DNA from: Kudoa neothunni | Taxonomy: Eukaryota > Animalia > Cnidaria | Assembly (NCBI GenBank): GCA_964304625.1 | Contig: OZ199839.1 | Span: 201,970 to 265,969 of the forward strand | Length of the DNA: 64,000 nucleotides | Direction: 5' to 3' | In this document: in pieces, positions 52,129 through 64,000 of the stretch | Layout: each line of letters begins with the position of its first letter | How positions within the stretch are numbered: the stretch's first letter is position 1 | Notes under the pieces: model-generated | The model's input: the letters and a program-made list of their open reading frames with translations, nothing else | Databases searched by the model: none | Told to the model about the DNA's origin: nothing | Made by a program: the position numbers and the translations under genes

Positions 52129-53176
52129 GGCTATTCTTTACAAAACGGGACTACAGTCTGAAACTTTCATCGCGCGCCCGGAAAATAGAAAACTTCAGGA
52201 GGAATTTTGATTTGGAGAATATTGATTCCATCAATATGATGGAATATGCATTTTTTAGGATTGACACAATTTATACCATCAAAACATTGCAGAATCTTGG
52301 TCTAATTTCATCAGAGAAAACGTGTATTTGTGGGACGATGATGCATCTCATATCAAATAAAAGTTGCCAAGATCTGTTTTTCTTCCGATGCCCGGGTTGT
52401 TTGAAGAAGCAAAATCTACGAGTTTGATCAATATTTCAGCATTCTAAACTGCCACTGTGGAAACTATTTGTATTTTTCCTCGTAAAAATTCAATTCAGCA
52501 AGGTTACCTACGAAGAAATACAAAGGCACGTCGGAATCCTCTCTTCAAAAGCAATATGTGATTGGTCTGAATTATTAAGGAGTATTATCACATTGAAGAT
52601 TACTGACGAGAGAAAAAAAATTGGCGATGCAAATGTCGTTGTCCAGATCGATGAAACTGCGGTGACTAACCGAAAATATAATGTTGGTAGACTGTTAAAA
52701 ACCCAGCAATATTGGATTGTTGGTGGTATAGATGAGGAAGGTGAATGTTTTTTTGAACTGACGAAGAGAAGAAACAGCTCTGTATTGGAAAAAATTATTC
52801 TCGATAATGTTGAAGAGAATTCTGTTATCTGGGCTGATAAATGGAGAGGCTATAATCACCTGAACGATTTAGGATTTTTTCACGATACAGTCTGTCACAA
52901 ATATTCGTTTATTTCTGGTACTGGTGTACACACAAATAAGATCGAAACTACGTGGGGAGGATTTAAAAGGAAGTACCGAAATATTACAAATAAAAATGAA
53001 GAGTCATTATATGACTTCATTTCGGATCATATATTCCGTAAAAAATATAGAGGCGTCGAACTTAGCACTTTCTTTAAAGAAATTATGAATAATTATTTAT
53101 TATAATTTATCGTGTTGTTGTTTCGCGATTTCCTCCGAAAGTTTCCGACTGTAGTCCCGTTTTGTAAAGAATAGCC
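52129..53176 (+). mobile_element. Merlin (IS1595/IS1016-related) DNA transposon, full length, with one in-frame TGA
   Basis: 40-bp TIRs GGCTATTCTTTACAAAACGGGACTACAGTC with one mismatch, and an 8-bp TSD AAATATTT. CxC..CxxC zinc ribbon; DDE motifs VQIDET, IWADKWRGY and HTNKIETTWG. Confidence 0.95.
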
Positions 53177-54611
53177 AAATATTTTTGTATATGGAATAGT
53201 TTTGAAAATGCAAAGTTTGCACCCAAGTTGGCGCACATGCGCAAATAATCGATCGATGTAAGCATTTTGATTATATTAAGCCATTCTTTAAAAATCATGT
53301 AAGAAGTAAATTTTCGATTGATTTTAAAGACCGCAGAAAGTTTTTGTTCGGTTATGATATATATGAACAACATTTTTATTTAATTTAATTTGATAATTAT
53401 GATTGATAAAGTGTTTTTTGATAATTTTTAATTTTTATATAGTTATATATAACTATTTTTATGTAAAATTTTATCACAAGACTATAAACAAAATATTCAT
53501 ATTAAGCTAATTATAGCTTTAAAGCTGACTTACATGATTTCTTGTTTGAACTAAAAATGTAAACTATTATTTTAGATAATATTTTTTATTAATTTATTCA
53601 AATGGTAACTATTCACCGATGCATTTAGTATGAAAATGATAAAAATAACGTCAAGTTACTGCATGAATCGTATTTCACGATATGTAAAAGTGCAAGATTA
53701 ATTTTTAACATTACGTATGCATTGAGCCACCCTGAATTATAGAACACCTGTTAGAAAGTCATACTGTTAGCCAATGAGGTAAACTTGGGCCGATCAAAAA
53801 TTCGACCTACCAAAATTCCAATGCCCAACAGAAATTTTAGACTAATGCTTTGAAGAAACGTACAAATTATAAATCTCAAAAAACACACCATTAATTTGGC
53901 TTATTCAGAATTCGTCGTGGGCCAACAAATACTTACTTGCGGGCAAGATTAAGCCTTGGTTCTTGCCCCCAGTCCTAAGGTGGATGAGATCTACCATTAA
54001 AACAAAAGTTATAAAATCAATTTATAATATTTTAAAAATTTTTTTATAAAAATAATTTTTGTATTCAACAATTAGTTTGAAGATAGTTTTCTGGAGACAT
54101 TACGAAACAATCTCAGGATATTCAGATTAAACCATATAAGATAAGTCAGAATGAAGAATGATAAACCTAACACTAATCAATGAAATTTGATTGAAAAAAT
54201 ACTATTATTAATTTATTATACCAAACACATATTTTCGTATAATTCATTACTTTAGATTTATTAGGCTTGTCTAATATGCCTAAATATCAGGAGAAAACAG
54301 GAAATCCTTTAGGATCAATCCATCTGTTCTTTTATAAATAAAAAAATAATTGTACTGATTATTTAAAACCATAAAATTTTGTAAATCAACGTTTAATGGA
54401 TAATTTTGTAAATAACCCCGAAATAATGCATTTTAATTTAAAAATACATATTCGTATTTATCGCTCTAAACAATAGAAAATAATATTAAGGAAATTTTAA
54501 TTATATATAAATTATAATAACTATGGAATTTAGTTAAAATGTTTGAAAAAAAGCAAATTTTAATATTTCGATCCCCTACGAAACTTGCCGAAAATTAAAC
54601 CAACTCCATGC

Positions 54612-56274
54612 ATGATTCGAAATATTGTTTCAACAAATTTGGTACGATAATTGATATTTTGACGATTAATAAAACGTTTAAAGTCTAGATTATTTTTTAG
54701 AAGTCTTCATCTTCACGAATATCAATGCAAAGATCTTTTAAAAAATCACGGAGTCAATACTCAACGCTATATGCTAGTGGAAAATAAATTAGACAGTGTT
54801 GAGCCAATAAAAGCTCTTTCTGGTGTGTTTTAATTTGGAACTTTCTAAAATAAATTTCTATTGCAGGAGTTAAAAATTTTGTAGTCAAAGCTCAAATTTT
54901 AGCGGGTGGGAGAGGTAAAGGTATTTTCAGCAATGGCTTTCGAGGTGGCGTTCATTTATGTGACAAGTCTTTTTTCATGTGTATTTCCAATTTGTATAAG
55001 AATTGTTTAGCGAGGATGAGGCATTAGCAATTGCAAACTCAATGCTTTTCAATACACTTATCACCAAGCAAACCAATAAAGAAGGTATTGTAGTGAACAA
55101 AGTAACTCTTCATATTGCATCTAATAATGGTATCAAATTAGGTGATGATTGCGGAGTCATTGGGAATAGATTCAGAGAAATATCTTGCCATTTTGTTGGA
55201 TAGTTCGTCGAATGGTGCTGTGCTAATGGGAAGTCCAATGGGAGGTATAGATATAGAAGAAGTAGCTGTAAAATATCCTGATTCGATCTTGAAAGTATGA
55301 GCTTATTGAAGAGGTTGATTGATTAATAAATAAGTGTGTGCTACTTTCAGATAGCTCTTGATATTGTTGATGAAAAAATCACCCAAAAGGCAATTGAGAT
55401 GGCCAAGTTTCTCGAATTCGATGAAACCCGCATCGATCAAGTTGTCCCTGCTTGTCATAATCTTAAGGTATTTATTGGTTTTTAGTGTGCCGAACAAATT
55501 GAACGCCTCTACAAATTGTTCAATGAGATAGATGCCACACAGATTGAAATCAATCCTTTTGCTGTTGCATCCTGTTCTGGCCAAGGTTTTTTGTCATAAG
55601 CGTTGGTTTTATCGTTAACTATGTTGAGTGTAGTTGTTTGTTTTGATTGTAAAATAAATGTGGATGATAATGCTGAATATCGTCATCCTGATCTGTTTGA
55701 AATGGAAGACAAATCCCAGTTGAACAAACTTGAGGTTCGTGCCAAATCCAAAGGATTGAACTACGTGCTAATGGATGGCAATATTGCTTGTGTGGTTAAT
55801 GGTGCAGGTCTGGCTATGGCTACAATGGATTTATTACATTTTTATGGAGCTAAGGCTGCCAACTTTCTTGATCTCGGTGGTAGGATTACTGTGGATGGAG
55901 TTGTTGAAGCACTTGAAATAGTTTCCAATGACACCAAAGTACATACAAACCTACTCCATAAACAATTGTGTGTAGGTGTTCTATTTGATGGGGTTCACAT
56001 AGGTTGATAGGATTTTTATCAATATTTTTGGTGGAATTGTTAATTGTGCAGTGGTTGCTGAGGGAATTATCAAGTTTTATTCTGATAATCCAAATACATC
56101 GCTTAAAGTTGTCGTTCGAATCGAAGGTTTTTTCATGTTGGTCTCTTAATGATACATGAGATTGTAGGCACTCAAGCTGATTTGGCGAAGAGCTTACTTT
56201 CCACTTCAAAATTCTCGTCCCATATCACCATTGCTAATGATCTAAATGATGCAGCTGAAAAAATCTGTAGTTAA
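54612..56274 (+). CDS. SUCLG2: Succinyl-CoA ligase beta subunit, mitochondrial (GDP-forming type), spliced
   Basis: Presequence [73 protein letters not shown] and NIFGGIVNC. Confidence 0.9.
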
Positions 56275-57071
56275 CCATTGGTTCATTACACAATTTCCTT
56301 GATATATATTCGTGTTATTTTTTCTATTTAAGAATAATTTAATAAAAGACAATCTTTTAAGATATTTGTGTTAATACTATTTGTACTCAACTGTGTTATC
56401 CTTTTAGGTCATTTTGGTTTATTCTGCCTACACGTTAGAGGTTACTTTAAAATTTAACAATATTTATTCACGACAAAATAAATCTTAATAACAAATAGTA
56501 ATAATTAACTTATTTAAACAAGTTAGAATAAACTAAAAAATTGTGAAGGTCTTGTTTATTGGTTATAAATTGTAAATTGTAAATTATAACTTATAATTTA
56601 TAATTAAGGTTATATCAATTTGTCCAAATCGTATAATTTTTAAGATATTTTTGGTTTTAATAAAGTAAAATTTTATAATAAACTCTTAAAACTTTGTTTG
56701 CTACCGAATTCATGCGTCTGTCACAACAATTGTTGGTTATTTCATGGCAGTGTCTATTGGCTCAGCAGATTAACATCGTGTGTTTTTTAAATTCACTTTA
56801 AGTTGATATATCATTAAATTTAACATTATAAATAATATTTCAGTGATAAATGTATTTAGCAATTAGGTTTCATTGAAGAATACGTAGGAGGACCTTATTT
56901 AGAGAAGGATAGCATCAAGAATTTTACGGTTAAACTTATGAAACGTTTTACCCTCACATAGAATGTTATATTTTTGAATCAAAGAATTCGTCAAGTTTAA
57001 TCTTTCATAAAAATTTAAAATTCATATTTACATGTTCTGATGACTTAAATTTGTGTTATATTGACCCTTAA

Positions 57072-58953
57072 CTTTCCGAGCGCCTCAAAATCGACTATAA
57101 ATATAGTGCTTTTGAGGTCTATTACACCCCACTTTTTATTTAATATTATGAATTTAAATAATTCTTAAAACTTCATCATGCAAAAGTAAAAAAATTCTAT
57201 AGACAAAATAGCACAATATTGGCAAAAAACATGACTGGCGAAGTTTTTCGATACCGCCCGAATAATGTCAAGGGCTATACATTCTTGTTAAATAAATTGT
57301 TACGAAATACTATTTTGGAATAACTTCCGAAAATATTGAGAATAATATGTTATAAATTATCTCATTTATAAATAGTTAGATTAAAACTTTACGGCGCAGC
57401 AAAATAGTTATCTTATTATTATCTGTGAGTTTAAGTGATCAGTAGTATCATTATTTATATCAGATCTTCAACAATATCGATGATCCACCTCTAATTAAAA
57501 ATTTATTATCTACGACAAAACCAAAATCTCATTCCGTAAAAATATGAAAGTTGTAATGTAATCTATACATTTATTTGTGTCCAATGTACTGTTAAAACAA
57601 GCACATTCGGAATGTTCTTCACAGCAATGTTTCTTACATATAACACATATATGTATTTTCTTACGATTACTGTTTCTTGGGCTTACGGCACACAGCACAT
57701 TGTTTACGGGACTTTTTGGAACAATATCAGTGCTATTTGGAATTCCTGCCCTTAATTAAGTTAAAAATTTAGCGCCAAAGAACCGCCGAAGAAACGGAGC
57801 ATGCTGGCGAGATTCTCTAAAAATTAGGCTTATTTGACTTTTCCATCATTGAATATGATTTTGTACAAGAAAAACCAGTTTAAGAGATTTATGTCGATAT
57901 TATAAAATATAACTGTTGGACCGCGTATTGAATATCTTTTTAAGCCTGTGGAGGTGAAAATCCGATCAATCATATCAATAGCTCATTTAATTTTGTTATA
58001 ATAATTTATGCTACCAGGCTTCTTTTTTTTCATCATTCAGTATATTTATATAAGCTGTTGAATTGGCTAAAATTAACAAATCCTTATTATTTCAGTGACT
58101 TAAAAGTCTGTAATTTTCTTTCCATTAAGCGGAAAAAGTGTGCTAAACGACTCCCTTGTTTTATTTTTTTCATTATACGCGGAGCATTCCTCTTATTACC
58201 TCAAAGTGTTCCAACCATGGTAAGAACCATTTCCAATAGCTGAAAGCTCTTTGCAACATTGATTATAAGATTATAATAACGAAAGTTAAACATATTGGCA
58301 TTACACACAACATTTCTGTAAAAATTGTCATCCAAAAATATGTCAAAAAATCCGTTATATGAAAGATTCTCTGACTTTCAACATTCTTATGGTCAGAGGC
58401 CTTCCTTAGAAAGCTTTCTTTTAGTATTTTGGAGGTTTATAAAGCTTCTGCAGCCCCAGATAAGGTTGTTGTCATAATATACAGATAAATTAGCGGCTGA
58501 ATCAATAAAATCAGAATAATCAATGATTTCACTGAAGTCGGAATTATAATCAGCGGAATATATTTCGGTAAAGGCCTCCATGAAGATAAATTTCCGCAAT
58601 AAGCAGCGCGATTCGTGTATAGTCGTATAAAATTGGTGGCATGTATATCTCACTTTTCTCTTTATTTCGTCTATAGATTTTGCTAATATTCTCAATTCCA
58701 TTTTATTATAATTTTATACATAAAATGATAAAATTAAGTTGTGAGGTTTATTGGACCCGAACAGCACCAAGTTTATAATTTTTATTTTATTTTTCATTCA
58801 TTAATGGTAATTCAAAACTTATTTGGCAGACATACAGTGTAATAAATTGTATAAGAATATATCGAGTTTTAGAAAATTTATATAATTGGAAGAGGTAAAA
58901 ACTAATCTTTAATATGGTTTGAGTTCTAATAGACCCCAAAAGCACTCAGAAGA
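57072..58953 (-). mobile_element. piggyBac family B element with a decayed transposase
   Basis: TTAA flanks and asymmetric terminal/subterminal repeats (AGTGCTTTTGRGGTCTATTA). Minus strand has LTMVGTL, IDMIDR and a C-terminal Cys-rich domain CVICKKHCCEEHSECAC. Confidence 0.85.
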
Positions 58954-60466
58954 TTAAAGAGTATCTACAACTAACTGTGACCAAATAAATTTTACTCTAT
59001 TTTCAAAAATAAGAAAATATTATTCACATCAATCCGATATTTAATCTCACTAAATTAGTATTAATTAGCTAGTTTGCACAATGCTTAACATACAAATAAT
59101 TCATTTGATCCAACAGAAAAATAGTTTAACATATTCATATCTAAACATTCATAAAAATTACATTAAATATTTAAGTAAAATAAACATTTGTTATTATTAA
59201 TCAAATAGGGTAATTATACATCCTCCTTTAATTTTCAAAGAAACTATATTAATTGAGCTTATATAATTTATATATCGTTGTTTACATTTAAGATATCATG
59301 ATTATCGTCCACAACTTTTTAAATATATTACATAATTATAGAAACTTATTAAGATTTTAGAATTCCACCTAAAATGATATTTTGGAACAAATCCGTCTTA
59401 TAATAACTAGCTCTGTTTACAAAAGAAAGAGTATTTACTCGAATACTTCAATCACTGAATAATATTACAGACATAATTTCATTGGACACTGTAATACTCG
59501 ATCACATCATTCTGGTGCGTTCTCAATGGCTTTGCATTTTAGTGTGGAAATATTATTTTTGTCTCGAAATTCAAACTGTTAGATTCCCAACTCAAACTTA
59601 TAGAAGCGACAAAACGTATCAACGACATTAGAAAAACTGTACTCATTAGTGCTAATATCAATATCTTCTACACTACTTTCGATGCTGTTCATTGCGTACG
59701 TATAACCTCGCTATCCTGTGTACAAGTTCCAAAAAATACAACAATACAATGTAAAATTAATAACCAAATCTGAATAGCATAATCAAGCTACATCGGTAAT
59801 ACACCCAAGCTGGAGCATTTAACATATTAAATGTATGTTTTTAACGTTTAATACAACAACCATAAAACATCCAATCTTATTCTATCTTTCACAAGACAAA
59901 AAGAGCACACAGAACAAAAAAAATTTCTGCCGGGCCAATAGACGTAGCCTTATTGTATATGTAACAATCAATTTACAGTATTAATTTGAATTATCACACA
60001 CATCATAGAACAACTATTGATTATTAGATTTTATTTTAATCGACCAAGAATGTCAATTAAAAAACGAACACAGTAAATCAAATCATTTTGCTAACTAAGT
60101 CAAGTGCGCAGACTCGGGACGGAAATTTTCAACTTTAGAGCACCTTATATAATAATGCATTAAGTGAGTTATATTCAGCTATGGAACTCCACTACAGAAA
60201 CGCAAATATTAAAAAATACTTCCCCTATTTTACAAATCAATAATAAACAAACTACGAAATACCATTTAAGTTTCAATATTATACAAATGAATTTAAAAAG
60301 AAAAATGACTTCATGATTATATTTTCCCATTATTATTGTTATTATTATTGTCATAACCGTGTAATCGCTTGCATGTGTATGAGAATAATGACTAAAGTGA
60401 CGATCGATCCCGTTGTCCACCGATCAACAATCTAAGCGTGGTTCGTGTTATCAGTCGTCAGAGAGA

Positions 60467-61285
60467 ATGTCTTCCGGTGCTCCGCCTAAATCTGCCTTGT
60501 TAGAAGCTGTACAGAAGGTAATGTGTTATGGAAATTTTCGGCGTAGTTTTTATCGGCTGAATTGTAGAAAGTTACCAGCGTTCAGAAGAGTGGTGTGCTG
60601 CCATCTGAACTACCTTCGGTTCGTGTATTGAATATCAAAGAAGTTAAACTCAATAGTGGATTGGCTCTTGTTGTGTTTATTAATGCTACAATCTTGAAGA
60701 AGCTTAGAAATTTTAGAGTAATTATTATGCGTCTCGTTGTAGTTTGATTTTATTAATGTGTGTGGTTGTGTAGAGCAATATCATCGATGCACTGAAAGAC
60801 ACCTACCAAAAACCAGTTTACCTCATTGGAAATGTAAATATTTAGTTATGATTGATGTAGTCGATGTGTTGTTGTAGAGAAAAATCATGCCTAAAGCTGC
60901 CAAAAGATCACAATTTGCCAAAGTTAAACGCCCCTACCAGTATCTATCGTTTTAACTGTCATCTCAACATGAATTATCTGACCACATACTCACCCCATTC
61001 CTATCTAGTAACACATTGACTGCTGTACATGATGCAATTCTCGAGGATCTCATTTTTCCTTCCGATGTTTTTGGTAAGCGCTCTATTCACAGACCTGATG
61101 GTTCTGTGTTAACCAAAGTCTATCTGGATCCAAAGGCTAAACTTGAGGACAAAATTTCCCATTTCCGACCTGTTTATAAGCAATTGTGCAACAGAGACGT
61201 TCACTTTGAGTACCCACTGCATGACTGCCCGATGAGACCTGTCAGTCGCAAGAAGGCTGGAGCCAACCTTTTGAAACGACACTAA
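60467..61285 (+). CDS. RPS7: 40S ribosomal protein S7 (eS7), divergent, spliced
   Basis: KIMPK...KRP...TLTAVHDAILEDLIFPSDVFGKRS..PDGS.LTKVYLD. Confidence 0.88.
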
Positions 61286-61714
61286 TTACCGCTGATGGTG
61301 GTATTATCATTACTACCTCGGGAAAAATATTGTTTTAGTTGTCATAGTCTCTCGAATAGTTGATTTTTGGTTTATTATCGTGCGTTGAAATTGTTGTGTT
61401 GGTAGAATAAATATTTTGGATTTATTACACTAATTTTTTTCGTTACTCTCTCCTCTCCTCTCCGTTCAGTAAGTAGTTGAACGATCTCACCTATTTTCGG
61501 AAATCTTAATTTAATGTAAATGATTGACGAGAGTTAGGCCTCTATTAAAATAATTTTAAATTTTATTATTATTAAGTCTGAGATAGAGATTATTTTTACC
61601 TCTAATTTTGGCCGCCGAAATGGTGATTACCCGAGTTTTCCGCATTTTATACCCTTCAGACACAATATTTTGAATGCGCGCGTGAGAAATAAAATTCTGC
61701 TAGATTCTTAGATA

Positions 61715-63479
61715 CAGTCGTGTCTAAATATTGCTTAATAACTTCTAATCTAACATTTCCTGCAAAATTACTCATCTACTTTATAATTTTTTATTAATTT
61801 ATTGATAATTTCGCGTAAAACATCCTTAACTTGATGTACAGAAAATAATTCAATAGGATTCTCAATGACATACGTTTTTTCGCGGATTTATAAGATTTTA
61901 GACTTGGAACGTTGTAACGATTTCATCGTTGTGTATGAGATCAGGATCTTCCCTCCAAAGAGTAAATTTACTTTGTTCATCTTAAATTAAATGTAAAATT
62001 TCATTTTCATCCAAAAATATTATCTACACATATGAATATCCAAATTTTTCTATTAATTACTTTATAATGTTATTTTATCATCACATTACTTTAAAGTTTT
62101 ATCTTGCTAGTTTTTCAATGAAATTGAAGAAAAAAATCAGTTATTTTTGTTTGAAAATAGGCGGTTTATTAATTCAGTTACTAATTCTTTAACCGTAACC
62201 ATTCCCAAATCAATTTTAACGTATTAAAGTAATCGAATACGGCATATTTAAATATTTTTGGATATTCCTCTCCGAATAACACATTTATGCATAATATTTT
62301 TCTCTAATTGGCTCCACCACACAAGTAGAGTTTTGGATAGAAGTAGGATCTGGATGTTTTTGAAATTATCGATCGATTAAGGACAATATGAGCACCGTTA
62401 TAATGAAATAAAAACCTTCCTGTTTTCATTTATGAACCTCCGGTTCATATCTTTGAGGTCTGATAAAACATAGATGAAAATAATCACACATTCATTCGCG
62501 AATGGCACTAAACTTAAAGCTATTTAATACTCCTAAAACAGTGATTTTTCCTAAAATTTTATTATTATGTGTAATTGAAATTTATATTGGGACATTGTGG
62601 AAGTGATAAACATCGTGGCACGCTTTTGAATTGTTTTTCACGCTTACATTGTGCTAATTTTTAATAGTGGACGTACGCTGTATCAGCTGTTCATAAAAAT
62701 GAGATGTCGCATCAAAATTTAATATGTATCCGGATTGTATCTTGACAAGATCGCGGGAAAATTTCTCATCCATAGGTAAATATATATAAAATCAGCGCTC
62801 TCCTTCTCCGTGCAATTTGAGTTTTTCAGGACGTAAGCCTTCTGCAATTATTAAATTAACCCTCGTTTCCGTTAAAATCTTTTGTTCAAATATCTTTGGC
62901 AATAATACAAGATTATTTGATCATTAAAAAGTTAGATAATAGTTTTTTTCTCGCATTGAAACTACCCAATTGTAAAAATTATTTTAATATCTATATTTTC
63001 CGGACTTAAATATTTTTCAAAATTTTGAAATGTTTGAATCTATGGTTTCATCTTGTTTAGAAAAATTTCTGAAAAGATTTAAATAACCTATTTTGAATTA
63101 TCGAACAATTTTGAAGTCAATATAAATTGGTCATCTGAAACGTTTTACCGTAATATCATTAGCACACGATATAGAGTTAAAAAAATTATAGTGATCAATT
63201 ATTTTTGTTATACCTTCATAAGGTATTTGAGAACTTGCAATGCTTGATTGAAGGTTTATAGTGCATCCATCAGATTAATGGGATTAAAATAAAAACGTGT
63301 TACGCAATAGCGAGACACAAGGTTTCTTCTAATTTGCTTTAGATACGCTTGTTTAAAATTTTTGTTTTTTCGTATAATTATCCATTTAAGAATACTGGAT
63401 ATGATTTTTATGTTTCATGTAGTGAATTAAAGCACATAATGCTAATAAAACTAAATTGCGCGGTATCGAGGCACAACTG
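61715..63479 (-). mobile_element. pogo/Tigger transposon relic
   Basis: TA|CAGTCGTGTCT ... AGGCACAACTG|TA. Minus-strand fragments KLKLHGEGE and ILNFDATSHFYEQL. Confidence 0.7.
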
Positions 63480-63661
63480 TATGTTAAAATGAGCTAAGTA
63501 TTAATTCGGAGACAATTATCAATTATTTTATTAGAAATAAAAATGGAAATTTTAAAGTTTAATTTTGTAATTTTTTTATGATAAAGTGCCCACTTGAGAG
63601 AATTGAAACAAGGAGGAACCTGATAATATTAAACTCAACAATCATACAAGTAAAGTTTGAG

Positions 63662-63665
<4 letters not shown>

Positions 63666-63693
<28 letters not shown>

Positions 63694-63697
63694 AATA
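63666..63697. repeat. (AAT)n microsatellite
   Basis: Read directly from the sequence. Confidence 0.85.
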
Positions 63698-64000
63698 TAT
63701 TTGAATACGTATTGAGGATATCATTCTATCAAGACTATTTGATACACACCCAACAATGGTGGGAGTTTTTAAATTATCTAATGAGAAATTTCGCCGATAA
63801 AAAGAGTTTTTGATTATAGTTAAAAAATATTGATTAAATTCGACATTAAACCCTTATGTTATATAATATTTCTAAGTCATAAATAATTGTTATAAATTTG
63901 ATATAAAATATTGTCGTTATTACTATGCATGTGTATGCCATTTACGTAAATTAAACTGTTTCCAAAAGTTACACAAATTTATTATATTTTTAACTTATTT

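Noticed and set aside
52212-53105. Bacterial IS1595 contamination or stop-codon readthrough
   Set aside because: The element sits in intron-rich eukaryotic DNA with a TSD and Merlin features. A GGA-to-TGA point mutation is simpler, and host genes here use TGA as a stop.
53231-53243. NRF1-like site as the SUCLG2 promoter
   Set aside because: It is about 1.4 kb from the ATG and next to the Merlin insertion, so it cannot be assigned to the gene.
1-64000. Most 60-110 aa ORFs in the supplied track
   Set aside because: They are antisense shadows, intron read-throughs or AT-rich TE sequence with no recognisable motifs.
1-64000. CRISPR arrays, rRNA or bona fide tRNA genes
   Set aside because: No repeat-spacer periodicity, rRNA signature or complete cloverleaf was seen.

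Overview
AT-rich eukaryotic nuclear DNA with very short GT-AG introns (mostly about 30-75 nt), strongly diverged animal-type proteins and many DNA-transposon remains. It resembles a reduced, fast-evolving metazoan such as a myxozoan- or orthonectid-like parasite; this is inference and the species is not identified. Ten spliced genes were reconstructed by hand: two tandem SOWAH-like ankyrin genes, an AFG3L2/SPG7 m-AAA protease, GTPBP1, a UQCRC2-like M16 protein, an orphan type-I coiled-coil surface protein, a RAD51AP1-like protein, a TMEM86/YhhN lysoplasmalogenase, SUCLG2 and RPS7. Between and inside them lie piggyBac, hAT (Buster/Charlie), pogo/Tigger, Merlin and Helitron elements and MITEs, often nested. 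The standout observation is in both ankyrin paralogs: the ankyrin G-x-T-x-L-H motif is built from two consecutive 3-nt microexons (GGA, ATG), followed by a 6-nt microexon, with the same layout in both copies. Also notable: one roughly 2-kb TE-containing intron in each of three genes, recurring NRF1/E2F-like GC-rich motifs, a near-intact Merlin element and a 2-kb element with perfect 130-bp TIRs. Exon boundaries were inferred without transcript data.
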